A DNA stretch of 64,000 nt from an uncultured Planctomycetia bacterium (GTDB taxonomy: Bacteria > Omnitrophota > Gorgyraeia > Pluralincolimonadales > Pluralincolimonadaceae). The DNA lies in assembly GCA_964650515.1 (NCBI GenBank), contig CAZYUB010000005.1, positions 12,304-76,303 on the forward strand, given 5' to 3'. A model generated the notes under the pieces. It saw only the letters and a program-made list of their open reading frames with translations, searched no databases and was not told the DNA's origin. Each line of letters starts with the position of its first letter. Position 1 is the stretch's first letter. This document shows, piece by piece, positions 34,818 through 43,706 of the stretch. A program made the translations under genes and the position numbers.

Positions 34818-35222
34818 ATGAGAATAACCTGTCTTATGATTGCGTTGTCCGTCCTCTCCCTGGGTGTTCCCGCAGCCTGCGCCCGGGAGTACGAAGCCGT
34901 GCAGTACGAACTGAACATCAACGACGGCAGGAAGATACAGGACCCTTCGGACAAGGACATTACGGGCGCCATAAACGCGCTCTCGTCGAAGAAAGTGTTT
35001 TATTTCGTCATCCTGTCGAAGTCGGAGATGGACTATATCCAGGTCTGCACGAACGCTAACGGCGGTTATGACCTGGAATACCAGGAGGCGGATACCGGGC
35101 ATCATTACCGCGCGGCAAATAACGACATTAAGCCGAACGAGATAATCAAGGCGTTCATCCGGTACAGGAACGGGGATCCCGGTTTCAAAAAAATAACCAA
35201 ATGGAAACAGATCAAGTGGTAG
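34818..35222 (+). CDS. Small secreted hypothetical protein.
   Basis: 134 aa with the signal peptide MRITCLMIALSVLSLGVPAACA. There is a good promoter and RBS. No family recognised. Confidence 0.4.
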   Translation: MRITCLMIALSVLSLGVPAACAREYEAVQYELNINDGRKIQDPSDKDITGAINALSSKKVFYFVILSKSEMDYIQVCTNANGGYDLEYQEADTGHHYRAANNDIKPNEIIKAFIRYRNGDPGFKKITKWKQIKW

Positions 35223-35818
35223 GCGCTAACGATACCCTAAACGTGATCTACCGCCGCCACAGCATCCGGCAGTTCCGGGACACGCCGGTCGGAGACGAAC
35301 TCATCAGGACCGTCCTCGACGCCGCCAACAAGGCGCCCTCCGCACATAACCAGCAATCGTGGAAATTCATCGTCATAAAAGGCGAAAAGAAGCGCGAGCT
35401 CGCCGAGCTTGTGACGGAGCAGTCGGCGAACTTCCCTAAACCTTCCTCGTCGATATTGCGCATGGCCGCGCGCAGCATCATCAGCGCGCCGGTCGTCATC
35501 GCGGTAATGAACACGGGGACGCTCATAGCGCACGGCACGGAACTCTTCAGCATAGAGAAAGACAAGGCGGCTGATTTCTTCCGCACGATGGAGATACAGA
35601 GCTCGGCCGCGGCAGTCGAGAACCTGCTGATAGCGGCGACATCGCTCGGGCTCGGAAGCGTCTGGCTCGGGGTATTGTTCCTGATAAAGGACAAGGTCCT
35701 CGAATTCTTCGGCGAAGCCAAGGGAGAGTTCATGGCGGTCATCCCTGTAGGCTATCCCCTGGAGACGAGGGAAGGCCCGAAGAAGAAATCGCTCGAATAC
35801 GTGGTCAGGTACCTTTAA
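35201..35818 (+). CDS. Nitroreductase-family protein.
   Basis: It has the RHSIRQF motif, APSAHNQQSW, and a C-terminal region typical of NADH oxidase/nitroreductase folds. It overlaps the upstream gene by 22 nt, and a GTG at 35216 is an alternative start. Confidence 0.7.
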   Translation: METDQVVGANDTLNVIYRRHSIRQFRDTPVGDELIRTVLDAANKAPSAHNQQSWKFIVIKGEKKRELAELVTEQSANFPKPSSSILRMAARSIISAPVVIAVMNTGTLIAHGTELFSIEKDKAADFFRTMEIQSSAAAVENLLIAATSLGLGSVWLGVLFLIKDKVLEFFGEAKGEFMAVIPVGYPLETREGPKKKSLEYVVRYL

Positions 35819-35830
35819 ACGGAGGCGCTC

Positions 35831-36088
35831 ATGAAAAAGGCGATCGCTTTAACGGCCGCGATGGCGGTGATGGCGTTATCGGGTTGCGATAAAGCGGGTT
35901 CATGGGTCGATGAACAGCAGTCCGCCGTGGATAAAAGCGTCCAGGGCCGCATGGAGACGGTCAATATAGAAGCGCTCGGCGCGGTCGGGCAGAACAGCAC
36001 CGCAGTACGCAGGAGCGTAGACAAGGTCCTTGACGCTAACGACGCGAGAAACAGCGGTTTAGAGGCTATTACAGAGAAGATAAAATGA
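35831..36088 (+). CDS. Small lipoprotein (hypothetical).
   Basis: 85 aa. A lipobox-like LSGCDK follows a signal peptide. Confidence 0.4.
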   Translation: MKKAIALTAAMAVMALSGCDKAGSWVDEQQSAVDKSVQGRMETVNIEALGAVGQNSTAVRRSVDKVLDANDARNSGLEAITEKIK

Positions 36089-36969
36089 GAAGGCCGCCGG
36101 CTGCTTTTGTTATTGCCGCCGCGGCGATATTCCTGGGTTCGGGCTGCTCGACCTTCCGGGAAACGCCGCATACTGCGTCGGGCGACGAGATAAGCGCGAT
36201 ACGGGACGCGATGTCGGAATATCCGCAGACGCGCGGATTAAGGCCCGGATACGCGACGCCCGCCGCGCAGGCGTCGGTAAGGTCACCCGCTCCCGCGGCA
36301 AAAGGGCTTGCCCTGCATTATTCTTTTGACCGCGTCGCCCTCAGGGACGGGAAGGTCGCCGATGAAAGCGGACACGGCCGGGACGGCGCTGTTTTCGGGG
36401 CGGTCTTATCGGATGATGCCGAGAGGGGCAAGGTATATTATTTTAACGGCACGAACAGTTATATACTCGCCGGGAACCTCGGCAGTTTTCCGGAAGGGAC
36501 GATCTCGTTCTGGATGAAGGCCGAGGAGGTAAGGAATTGGCGCAATCCGTTCACAACCGACTACGCGAACTGGGATTCCTGCATCAGGTTCGAAGAGTAT
36601 ACGGATGAAAAGTTCGTCGTAGGGGCGCTCGGCCTCGGGACCGGGTTTTTCACATCCTCGATGAAGCCTATGACGTGGTACCATGTGGCCTATGCCTGGG
36701 ACGGCAGGGCAGGCTACGGGTATTTTGACGGCAAGGCGGTTTTCGGGACCAGGCATCCCGATCCAGGGTCCTCGGTGCATCCGAACATACCGAATACCGC
36801 GGGATACTGGAAAGGCAGGTCGCTGGATTTCAGGAATGTCGCGATAGGCAACGGTTATTCGACAGATCCCATGCGTTACTGGAAAGGGTGGGTCGACGAT
36901 GTGCGCATATATGACAAGGCACTGACCGAAAACGAAGTGTCTGAATTATATAAGGATACCGCAAAATGA
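36085..36969 (+). CDS. LamG-like (concanavalin A-like lectin/glucanase) lipoprotein.
   Basis: The lipobox reads LGSGCST. The LamG pattern is LHYSFD...DESGHGRDGAVFGAV...GKVYYFNGTNSYI...WYHVAYAWDG...YFDG. Confidence 0.6.
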   Translation: MRRPPAAFVIAAAAIFLGSGCSTFRETPHTASGDEISAIRDAMSEYPQTRGLRPGYATPAAQASVRSPAPAAKGLALHYSFDRVALRDGKVADESGHGRDGAVFGAVLSDDAERGKVYYFNGTNSYILAGNLGSFPEGTISFWMKAEEVRNWRNPFTTDYANWDSCIRFEEYTDEKFVVGALGLGTGFFTSSMKPMTWYHVAYAWDGRAGYGYFDGKAVFGTRHPDPGSSVHPNIPNTAGYWKGRSLDFRNVAIGNGYSTDPMRYWKGWVDDVRIYDKALTENEVSELYKDTAK

Positions 36970-37385
36970 CCAAAGAAGAGATACTGAAACTGATAAATTC
37001 CAACCTCTCATGCCATCTCGCTACGGCGGAGGGCGACCAGCCGCGAGTGCGCGGGATGATGGCGTACCGCGCCGACGAGGAAGGCATAATCTTCCATACC
37101 GGAAGCACAAAAGACCTTTTTAAGCAGGTCCGCGATAACCCGCTTGTCGAGGCGTGCTTCTTCGACCGCAATACGAATACGCAGGTGAGGGTCGCGGGCA
37201 AGGTGGCCATAATATACGACGACGACCTGAAGCGCGAGATCGTCGCGACGAGGCCTTTCCTGAAGCCTTGGATAGAGGAACTCGGCCTCGACATCCTTGC
37301 GGTCTTCCGCATGACGGAATGCGTCGCGTGCGTCTGGAAGTTCGAGGAAAATTTTGCCCCGAAAACATACGTTAAGCTTTCCTAA
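36966..37385 (+). CDS. Pyridoxamine 5'-phosphate oxidase-like FMN-binding split-barrel protein.
   Basis: 139 aa. The pattern CHLATAEGDQPRVRGMM...IFHTGSTKDLFKQVRDNPLVEACFF is typical of the PNPOx-like family. Confidence 0.55.
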   Translation: MTKEEILKLINSNLSCHLATAEGDQPRVRGMMAYRADEEGIIFHTGSTKDLFKQVRDNPLVEACFFDRNTNTQVRVAGKVAIIYDDDLKREIVATRPFLKPWIEELGLDILAVFRMTECVACVWKFEENFAPKTYVKLS

Positions 37386-38307
37386 GCTAATCCTCGCCCC
37401 CATGGCGGGGATTAGCGACCTGCCCTACCGCATGCTGAACCGCAAGTTCGGCGCCGGATTCGCGTTCACCGAGATGGTCAACGCGCGCTCGTTGAGCTAC
37501 AACAACGTTAAGGCGCTCGAGCTCCTCGGTTCAGCGAAGGGCGACAGGCCCCTCGGCGTCCAGCTCGTCGGCAACGAGCCCGAATACATCAACCGCGCGA
37601 TAGAAAAACTGCATAAGTTCAGGTTCGACGTGCTCGATTTCAACGCCGCGTGCCCCGAGCGGAAGGTCGTCGCGAAGGGGGAGGGCGCGGCACTGCTGAA
37701 AGACCTCAAGAAGCTCAAGCGCATCCTGAAGATATTCGTCAGGGAATCGAAGTGGCCAGTCACGGTAAAACTGCGCGCCGGATGGGACAAGACCACGGTG
37801 AACGCGCGTGACGCCGCGCTCCACGCCGAAGACGCGGGGGTCTCCGCCATATTCATCCATGGCAGGACCCGCAACCAGCTCTACGGCGGCACCGTAGATT
37901 ACGGGATAATAAAGGAAGTCAAGGATGCCGTAAGGATACCCGTCATAGGCAGCGGCGATGTCCTGTCGGGCCCGCAGGCGAGGAAGATGTTCGACGAGAC
38001 AGGCTGCGACGGCATACTTATCGCGCGCGGAGGGCTCGGGAACCCGTGGATCTTCGCGGAGATAGAGGAATACCTCGCACGCGGGACTTGCCCGCCGAGG
38101 CCGACGAAGAAAGAAGTGATAAGGACGATGGCCGCCCACCTCAACGCGTCGATAAGGTGCTTCGGTGCCAAAAGGGCAGTGCCGTCCTTCCGCAAGTTCT
38201 TCAGCTGGTATACGAGGGGCCTCGACAATGTCCGGCAACTGCGCGTGAAGGCATGCTTCGCCTCGACCAAAAAAGAGATGCTCGCGGTCATAAAAGAGAT
38301 TGACTAA
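37354..38307 (+). CDS. dusB: tRNA-dihydrouridine synthase.
   Basis: LAPMAGISDLPYRMLNRKFGAGFAFTEMV, then the FMN-binding TIM barrel with the DFNAACP segment and the conserved GRTR. Confidence 0.85.
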   Translation: MPRKHTLSFPKLILAPMAGISDLPYRMLNRKFGAGFAFTEMVNARSLSYNNVKALELLGSAKGDRPLGVQLVGNEPEYINRAIEKLHKFRFDVLDFNAACPERKVVAKGEGAALLKDLKKLKRILKIFVRESKWPVTVKLRAGWDKTTVNARDAALHAEDAGVSAIFIHGRTRNQLYGGTVDYGIIKEVKDAVRIPVIGSGDVLSGPQARKMFDETGCDGILIARGGLGNPWIFAEIEEYLARGTCPPRPTKKEVIRTMAAHLNASIRCFGAKRAVPSFRKFFSWYTRGLDNVRQLRVKACFASTKKEMLAVIKEID

Positions 38308-38351
38308 CATGCGGTTTGCTTATAGACTATTTTTATCATCCCGGAGAAAAC

Positions 38352-39440
38352 ATGAAGAAGAGAAGGATAGCGATACTTACAGGCGGCGGCGACTGCCCCG
38401 GCCTTAACGCGGTCATCCGCGCCGTCGCGAAGAAGGCGATGGGCGAGGGCGGAGAGGTCATCGGCATCGAGGACGGCTACGAAGGCCTTGTGAAGAACAG
38501 GGTGAAGAAGCTAGAGAACTCCGACGTGTCGGGCATACTGACCATGGGCGGCACGATACTCGGCACGTCCAACATAGCCAACCCTTATCGTTATGCAATA
38601 GAAGGGAAGGGCTGCAAGCTCGTCTTCAAGGATTACCATAAGAGGGCGGTCAGCAATTTCAGGAAGATGAAGGCCGACGCGCTTGTCGCGATAGGCGGCG
38701 ACGGGACGCTTTCGATGGCTTACAGGCTTTTTGAGGACGGCATCCCGATAGTAGGCGTTCCGAAGACGATAGATAACGATATAGTCGGAACCGACATAAC
38801 GTTCGGTTTCGACACTGCGGTTTCGGTCGCGACGGAAGGCATCGACCGCGTCCATACGACGGCCCAGTCGCACCATCGCGTGATGATAGTCGAGGTGATG
38901 GGCCGCACCGCTGGATGGATAGCCCTGCACGCGGGTGTCGCAGGCGGCGGCGACATAATACTCATCCCCGAGATACCGTACGATATAAATGTCATCGTCA
39001 AGAAGATAAGGGAAAGGCACGGCAAGGGCAAAAGGTTCAGCATCGTTGTCGTCGCGGAGGGCGCCAAGCCTAAGGGCGGCGATGTCGTGGTGCAGAGGAT
39101 CGTGAAGGCGAGCACCGAGGCCGTGCGGCTTGGAGGCATAGGGTTCGTGCTCGGCGACCAGATCGAGAAGCTTACCTGCATCGAGACCCGCGCGGTCGTC
39201 ATGGGCCACCTGCAGAGGGGAGGCTCCCCGACGCCGTTCGACCGCGTCCTGGCTACGCAGCTCGGGTCGAAGGCGGTGGATTTCATAGATGAAGGCGCGT
39301 TCGGCAATATGGTCGGCGTAAAGGACAACGATTTCGTCAAGGTGTCCCTGCGCGATGTCGCGAACGGGAAACGCCTCGTGCCGCGCGACAACTACCTGGT
39401 AGAAGCCGCCCGCGCACTGGGCACGTGTTTCGGCGATTGA
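38352..39440 (+). CDS. pfkA: 6-phosphofructokinase; ATP- versus PPi-dependence is not resolved.
   Basis: RIAILTGGGDCPGLNAVIRAV, GGDGT and MGR motifs are present. The ATG at 38352, which has a GGAG RBS, was chosen over the track start at 38316. Confidence 0.85.
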   Translation: MKKRRIAILTGGGDCPGLNAVIRAVAKKAMGEGGEVIGIEDGYEGLVKNRVKKLENSDVSGILTMGGTILGTSNIANPYRYAIEGKGCKLVFKDYHKRAVSNFRKMKADALVAIGGDGTLSMAYRLFEDGIPIVGVPKTIDNDIVGTDITFGFDTAVSVATEGIDRVHTTAQSHHRVMIVEVMGRTAGWIALHAGVAGGGDIILIPEIPYDINVIVKKIRERHGKGKRFSIVVVAEGAKPKGGDVVVQRIVKASTEAVRLGGIGFVLGDQIEKLTCIETRAVVMGHLQRGGSPTPFDRVLATQLGSKAVDFIDEGAFGNMVGVKDNDFVKVSLRDVANGKRLVPRDNYLVEAARALGTCFGD

Positions 39441-39457
39441 AATCATAGGAGGAAGAG

Positions 39458-39847
39458 ATGTCGCTTAAGGTCAATTCGGAGAAGAAACCCGGTGACGTAT
39501 TCGTATTTACGCTTAACGGCTCTATCGATTCGGACACATACAAGGAGCTCGACGACAGGATCTCGCCCATCCTGAATTCCGGGGCTAAGGTCGTGATATT
39601 CGACATGGACGGCGTCGAATACGTAAGCAGCATGGGGCTCAACACGATATTCAAGATACAGAGGACGCTCGACAAGTCCAACGGGACGTTCATGATGACG
39701 AACATCCAGCCGCAGGTCAAGAAAGTGTTCGAGATAGTCAAGGCACTGCCGAGCATGAAGATATTCGAGAGCATAGAGGAGGCGGACGCCTACCTCTACA
39801 AGATACAGTCCGAAGAGAAGAACAAGCAAAACCCCTCGGGATTCTAA
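39458..39847 (+). CDS. STAS-domain protein (anti-sigma-factor antagonist, SpoIIAA-like).
   Basis: VFVFTLNGSIDSDTYKELDDRI...VVIFDMDGVEYVSSMGLN pattern. A GGAGG RBS lies upstream. Confidence 0.7.
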   Translation: MSLKVNSEKKPGDVFVFTLNGSIDSDTYKELDDRISPILNSGAKVVIFDMDGVEYVSSMGLNTIFKIQRTLDKSNGTFMMTNIQPQVKKVFEIVKALPSMKIFESIEEADAYLYKIQSEEKNKQNPSGF

Positions 39848-39858
39848 GGAGGCACGCG

Positions 39859-40119
39859 ATGAAGAAATCCATTCTGATAGTCCTGCTGCGCACGAGGAGC
39901 AAGTCGGCGGTGCAGTTCCAGAAGGTGCTCACGAAGTACGGCTGTATCGTCAAGACGCGCCTCGGCATACATGACGGCGTCGCCGGAAGCTGTTCCGACA
40001 CAGGCCTCATAATACTCGAACTCGTCGGAAGCGGCAGGGAGACGGCCGGGCTCGCAAGGAGACTCAACGCGATAGCGGGCGTCTCGGCGAAACTCGTAGG
40101 CATATCCCTGAAAAAATAA
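39859..40119 (+). CDS. Small ACT/NikR-C-like protein of the TM1266-like family.
   Basis: 86 aa. The pattern ILIVLLRTRSKSAVQFQKVLTKYGCIVKTRLGIHDG...IILELVG...LARRLNAIAGVSAKLV matches my memory of that family. Low certainty. Confidence 0.4.
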   Translation: MKKSILIVLLRTRSKSAVQFQKVLTKYGCIVKTRLGIHDGVAGSCSDTGLIILELVGSGRETAGLARRLNAIAGVSAKLVGISLKK

Positions 40120-40123
40120 ACTT

Positions 40124-40786
40124 ATGCCGCGTTGCCGCGCCAGGGATATCCTGGAAGAACTGAAATCTCTCTCAAACCCCAAGAACGTCGAAGGGATGGC
40201 GCGCTTCGGCATCAACCCCCGCAATACCCTCGGCGTCCCTATACCCGTATTAAGGAAGATGGCAAGGCATACGGGCAAGGACCACGCCGTCGCCCAGGTA
40301 TTATGGTCGTCCGGCATACATGAGGCCAGGATACTCGCGGGCATGATAGATGACCCCGCCCTCGTTACGCCGCGCCAGATGGACCTCTGGGCGGAAGGTT
40401 TCGATTCGTGGGACACCTGCGACCAGGTCTGCTCGAACCTCTTCTCCTATACCGATGCCGCGCACAGGAAAACGTTCGAGTGGAGCAGGAGGAAGGAAGA
40501 ATACGTCAAGCGCGCGGGTTTCGCGCTGATGGCATGCCTCGCCGTACACGACAAGAAAGCCAAAGACGCAGCCTTCATGAGGTATTTTCCCGTGATAAAA
40601 AGAGAATCCCGCGATGAGCGGAATTACGTCAGGAAGGCCGTCAACTGGGCGCTGCGGCAGATCGGCAAGCGCAACGCGCGGTTGAAGAAAGCGGCGCTGA
40701 AAACCGCGAAAGAGATATATGATATCGATTCGAAGGCCGCTCGCTGGATCGCCTCGGACGCTATAAGGGAACTGGATAAGAGATGA
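40124..40786 (+). CDS. DNA alkylation repair enzyme-like HEAT-repeat protein (AlkC/AlkD family).
   Basis: 220 aa. The pattern RDILEELKSLSNPKNVEGMARFGINP...LGVPIPVLRKMAR...ARILAGMIDDPALVTPRQMDLWAEGFDSWDTCDQVC matches the DNA_alkylation family. Confidence 0.55.
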   Translation: MPRCRARDILEELKSLSNPKNVEGMARFGINPRNTLGVPIPVLRKMARHTGKDHAVAQVLWSSGIHEARILAGMIDDPALVTPRQMDLWAEGFDSWDTCDQVCSNLFSYTDAAHRKTFEWSRRKEEYVKRAGFALMACLAVHDKKAKDAAFMRYFPVIKRESRDERNYVRKAVNWALRQIGKRNARLKKAALKTAKEIYDIDSKAARWIASDAIRELDKR

Positions 40787-41250
40787 ACAGGATATTCATG
40801 CTGCTGGCCATTTCGGAAGCGGGGAAGAACCTCAAAAAGCCGGACGGAGGGCCGTTCGGCGCGTGCATAGTCAAGGGCGGGAAGGTCCTCGCGGTCGCGC
40901 GCAATACGGTGCTCAGGGACGACGCGTCATGCCACGCAGAGGTAAACGCCATACGCATCGCGTCCCGCAAGCTCAGGACATTTGACCTCTCTGGCTGCGA
41001 GATATACTCGACGACGGAACCGTGCCCGATGTGCTTTTCCGCGATACACTGGGCGCGCATCGGAAAGGTCATCTTCGGGACGGATACGAAGGACGCGAAG
41101 AAGATAGGTTTCAACGAGCTGATGATAACCGACAGCCGGCTGAAAGCCCTCGGGAAAAGCAGCGTAAAGATAGTCCGGGGTTTCATGCGCGGCGAGTGCC
41201 TCGAACTCTTCAGGAGGTTCAATGAACTGCCGGACAAGAAGCTCTACTGA
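40783..41250 (+). CDS. CMP/dCMP-type zinc nucleoside deaminase (guanine deaminase / TadA-like).
   Basis: It has the HAE motif (SCHAEVNAIR) and the PCPMC motif (TTEPCPMCFSAI). 155 aa. Confidence 0.7.
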   Translation: MNRIFMLLAISEAGKNLKKPDGGPFGACIVKGGKVLAVARNTVLRDDASCHAEVNAIRIASRKLRTFDLSGCEIYSTTEPCPMCFSAIHWARIGKVIFGTDTKDAKKIGFNELMITDSRLKALGKSSVKIVRGFMRGECLELFRRFNELPDKKLY

Positions 41251-41764
41251 CCGCCGCAGCGGAAGGTCGTGGCTCAGGATATATATCTGGGCCGTCGTGA
41301 TCTCGTCGGTGGCGTATTTCGGGTTCAACCTCGCGCGCGATATCTTCGGCGGCGAGGAGGCGAAGGTCCGCAAGTTCATTATGCAGGGCAAGTCCCGCCT
41401 CGAAAAGAGGGACATCATCGGCCTCTCGGACATGGTCTCGGCGGACTATAAGGACAAGTACGGCAACGACAGGATGACCGTCGTTTACGGCGCGAAATCG
41501 TTCCTCGCTTATTACAAGGACGTCTTCATAAATATAGAGAAGGCGGATATCGTCCTTAACGAGGCAAAGGATGCCGCGGATGCGGAGGTAACCGCGCTTA
41601 TCATAGGCAAGACCAAGGACGGCAAGTCCGATTCCATCATGGAAGGGCTCGAAGGGGAGAAGGACAGGTTCCGGCTGAAGCTCAGGAAAGAAGAGAACGG
41701 CTGGAAGCTCCTCGAGATCGAGTTCCTCCAGCCGTTAAATATTATGGGCGAGAGGGTAGGTTAG
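41222..41764 (+). CDS. Hypothetical membrane-anchored protein.
   Basis: 180 aa. The N-terminal TM helix is WLRIYIWAVVISSVAYFGFNLA. It overlaps the deaminase stop and converges on the ppiD-like gene. No family recognised. Confidence 0.35.
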   Translation: MNCRTRSSTDRRSGRSWLRIYIWAVVISSVAYFGFNLARDIFGGEEAKVRKFIMQGKSRLEKRDIIGLSDMVSADYKDKYGNDRMTVVYGAKSFLAYYKDVFINIEKADIVLNEAKDAADAEVTALIIGKTKDGKSDSIMEGLEGEKDRFRLKLRKEENGWKLLEIEFLQPLNIMGERVG

Positions 41765-43169
41765 GCTGCAGGTTCGCCTTCTTTTTCAGCTCGTCGTACC
41801 AGGTTATCGACGCGTAGAACTGTTTCTGCGCTATCAGCAGTTCCTTGAATTTTTCCTTATCCGCCTCGAATTTCTTCTCGTCTATCGGCGCTATCGAATC
41901 AAGCCTCACGACCGTGTAGCCGTTATTCACCTTAACGACCTTCCCGACGACCTCGCCCGGCTTTACCGATAGCGCGGCGTCCGTGAAATCCGGCGATATG
42001 CCGATGCCTTCTATATACTGGCCCGGCACGAAAGGATTCGTCTTCTTTTCATGCAGGGAAAGCTTCTTCGCGACGTCCTCGAACTTCGCGATGCCCTTCT
42101 GTATCTCCGCGAGCGCCTCTTCGGCCCTGACTTTCGCTATCTCGCCTGCCTTTTCGGACTTCAGCGCCGCACGCGCCTTATCCGCGGACTCCTCATACGT
42201 CGCGTCGCGTTCCGGCACCCTCTGCTTGAGCTTCATGAAGTATATCCCGCTTTTCGTCTCGATCGGGTTGCCTACGGCGCCTTCCTCGAGCGCGAATGCG
42301 GCCCCGGCGAATTTAAGGTCATAGCCGATCGCGGGTATCGACGCTTTTTCGTCGAAGAGCCCCGTCTCTTTGATGCTTAACGAGAACTTCTTCGCGGCGG
42401 CTTCGAGGTCCTTGCCCGCGGCGAGCTCATAGGCGATCTCGCGCGCCTCGCTCCTGGCCTTTTCCTTCGACTCTTCCTTATCGTCCGCGAACAGCTTCAC
42501 TATATATTCGACATTGACCTGCTCAGGTATCCTGAAGGCGTCCTTGTTCTTCTCGAAAAACGCTTTTGACTCGTCGTCGGAAGCCGAGACCTGCGGCAGG
42601 TAATCCGAGGTCTTCGCCAGTATATAGTCGGCCTTCGCCTTCTCGTTCAGGTACTTGTACTGCTTCAGGACCTCCTCGTCGGTGACCGCGGCAGTCTTCG
42701 TATGGATGTCTATAAGTTTTTCTATCGTGAGGTTCTCCCTGACTATCGTCTCGAACTCGGCAGGCGTAAGCCCGAAGTTATAGCGCAGTATCTCCTCGTA
42801 TAATCTCTTGCTGAACCAGCCGTCCTTGTCGTTGAACGCGTCTATCTTCTTGACGAAAGCGACTATCTCCTTGTCGTCGACTTTCACGCGCTCCTTTTTC
42901 GCCTGCGCGAGGAGTATTATCCTGTCCCAGGCCTGCTCTTCAAGGGCGGACTCGACCTGCCGGTCGCGCGGCAGCTCGCCGTACCTCATTATCATCTGCG
43001 TCCTCGCGGCGATATAAGATTTCTGGAATTCGCTGAACTGGATTTTTTTCCCGAAGACCTTACCTGCCGCCGGGCTCGTCTCATGGCTGCTGACGGCATA
43101 GAGGCCGATGAAAGCGACTATGAGTATATAAAGCGGTATCCTTGCGTTCTCCCTGATCTGTTTGAGCAT
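41742..43169 (-). CDS. PpiD-like periplasmic chaperone / parvulin-type peptidyl-prolyl isomerase with an N-terminal membrane anchor.
   Basis: The true start is the ATG at 43169 (Met330 of the 804-aa track ORF), preceded by an AGGAG RBS. The N-terminal TM is IPLYILIVAFIGLYAV. The parvulin domain reads EQVNVEYIVKLF...GNPIETKSGIYFMKL. The upstream part of the track ORF is antisense to real + strand genes. Confidence 0.7.
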   Translation of the reverse strand: MLKQIRENARIPLYILIVAFIGLYAVSSHETSPAAGKVFGKKIQFSEFQKSYIAARTQMIMRYGELPRDRQVESALEEQAWDRIILLAQAKKERVKVDDKEIVAFVKKIDAFNDKDGWFSKRLYEEILRYNFGLTPAEFETIVRENLTIEKLIDIHTKTAAVTDEEVLKQYKYLNEKAKADYILAKTSDYLPQVSASDDESKAFFEKNKDAFRIPEQVNVEYIVKLFADDKEESKEKARSEAREIAYELAAGKDLEAAAKKFSLSIKETGLFDEKASIPAIGYDLKFAGAAFALEEGAVGNPIETKSGIYFMKLKQRVPERDATYEESADKARAALKSEKAGEIAKVRAEEALAEIQKGIAKFEDVAKKLSLHEKKTNPFVPGQYIEGIGISPDFTDAALSVKPGEVVGKVVKVNNGYTVVRLDSIAPIDEKKFEADKEKFKELLIAQKQFYASITWYDELKKKANLQPNLPSRP

Positions 43170-43244
43170 TTTAGGTTCTCCTTTGGGGAAATTTAAGGTA
43201 TTATAACAGGAAACGGGATGCCGGGCAACTCCCAATTTCAGGTA

Positions 43245-43270
43245 AACTTTTTCTCGGCGCCGCCGTCTAA
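43245..43270 (+). promoter_or_regulatory. ECF/sigma-E-type promoter: AACTT (43245-43249), a 16-nt spacer, then TCTAA (43266-43270).
   Basis: Read from the sequence. It matches the RpoE consensus GGAACTT-N16-TCTAA core and lies 20 nt upstream of the operon Spy-like protein - ECF sigma - anti-sigma. Confidence 0.5.
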
Positions 43271-43290
43271 ACAGGTAAAAGGAGGAAGTC

Positions 43291-43695
43291 ATGAACAAGG
43301 GATATATAGCGGTAATGGCGGTGGCGCTGATACTCGTGGTCGCGCTCGTCTCCGTAACGGCCGGCATCACGATAGGCAAGTACCAGGCGCGCAGGGAGAT
43401 GTTCAGGGAAGCGCACAAGCGCTGGGAGATGCGCGGCGAGAAGATGAACGCCGGCGACATCGTATCGGGCATGCGCAGGGCCGAGAGGGGCAAGAGGTTC
43501 CACGAGTTTGCCGAGAAGAACCCGGAAGAGATGCAGAAGATGATGGATGCCAGGAAAGAGAAGGTCCGCGAGCGCCTTATCGCGCTCAAGCGCGACGATC
43601 CGGAAAAGTTCAAACAGGTCATGAAGAAGATGGATATGCTTGAGCGGAACCTGGAGTCGCTAAAGAGGGAACTGGCGGCTGAGCCGGTAAAATAA
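43291..43695 (+). CDS. Membrane-anchored/periplasmic helical protein, possibly of the Spy/CpxP (LTXXQ) family.
   Basis: 134 aa. It has an N-terminal hydrophobic helix and a charged alpha-helical body (KRWEMRGEKMNAGD...EEMQKMMDARKEKVRERLIALKRDDPEKFKQVMKKMDMLERNLESLKRE). A strong AAGGAGG RBS lies upstream. It is the first gene of the ECF sigma operon. Confidence 0.4.
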   Translation: MNKGYIAVMAVALILVVALVSVTAGITIGKYQARREMFREAHKRWEMRGEKMNAGDIVSGMRRAERGKRFHEFAEKNPEEMQKMMDARKEKVRERLIALKRDDPEKFKQVMKKMDMLERNLESLKRELAAEPVK

Positions 43696-43706
43696 CGGGA
43701 AGACCA

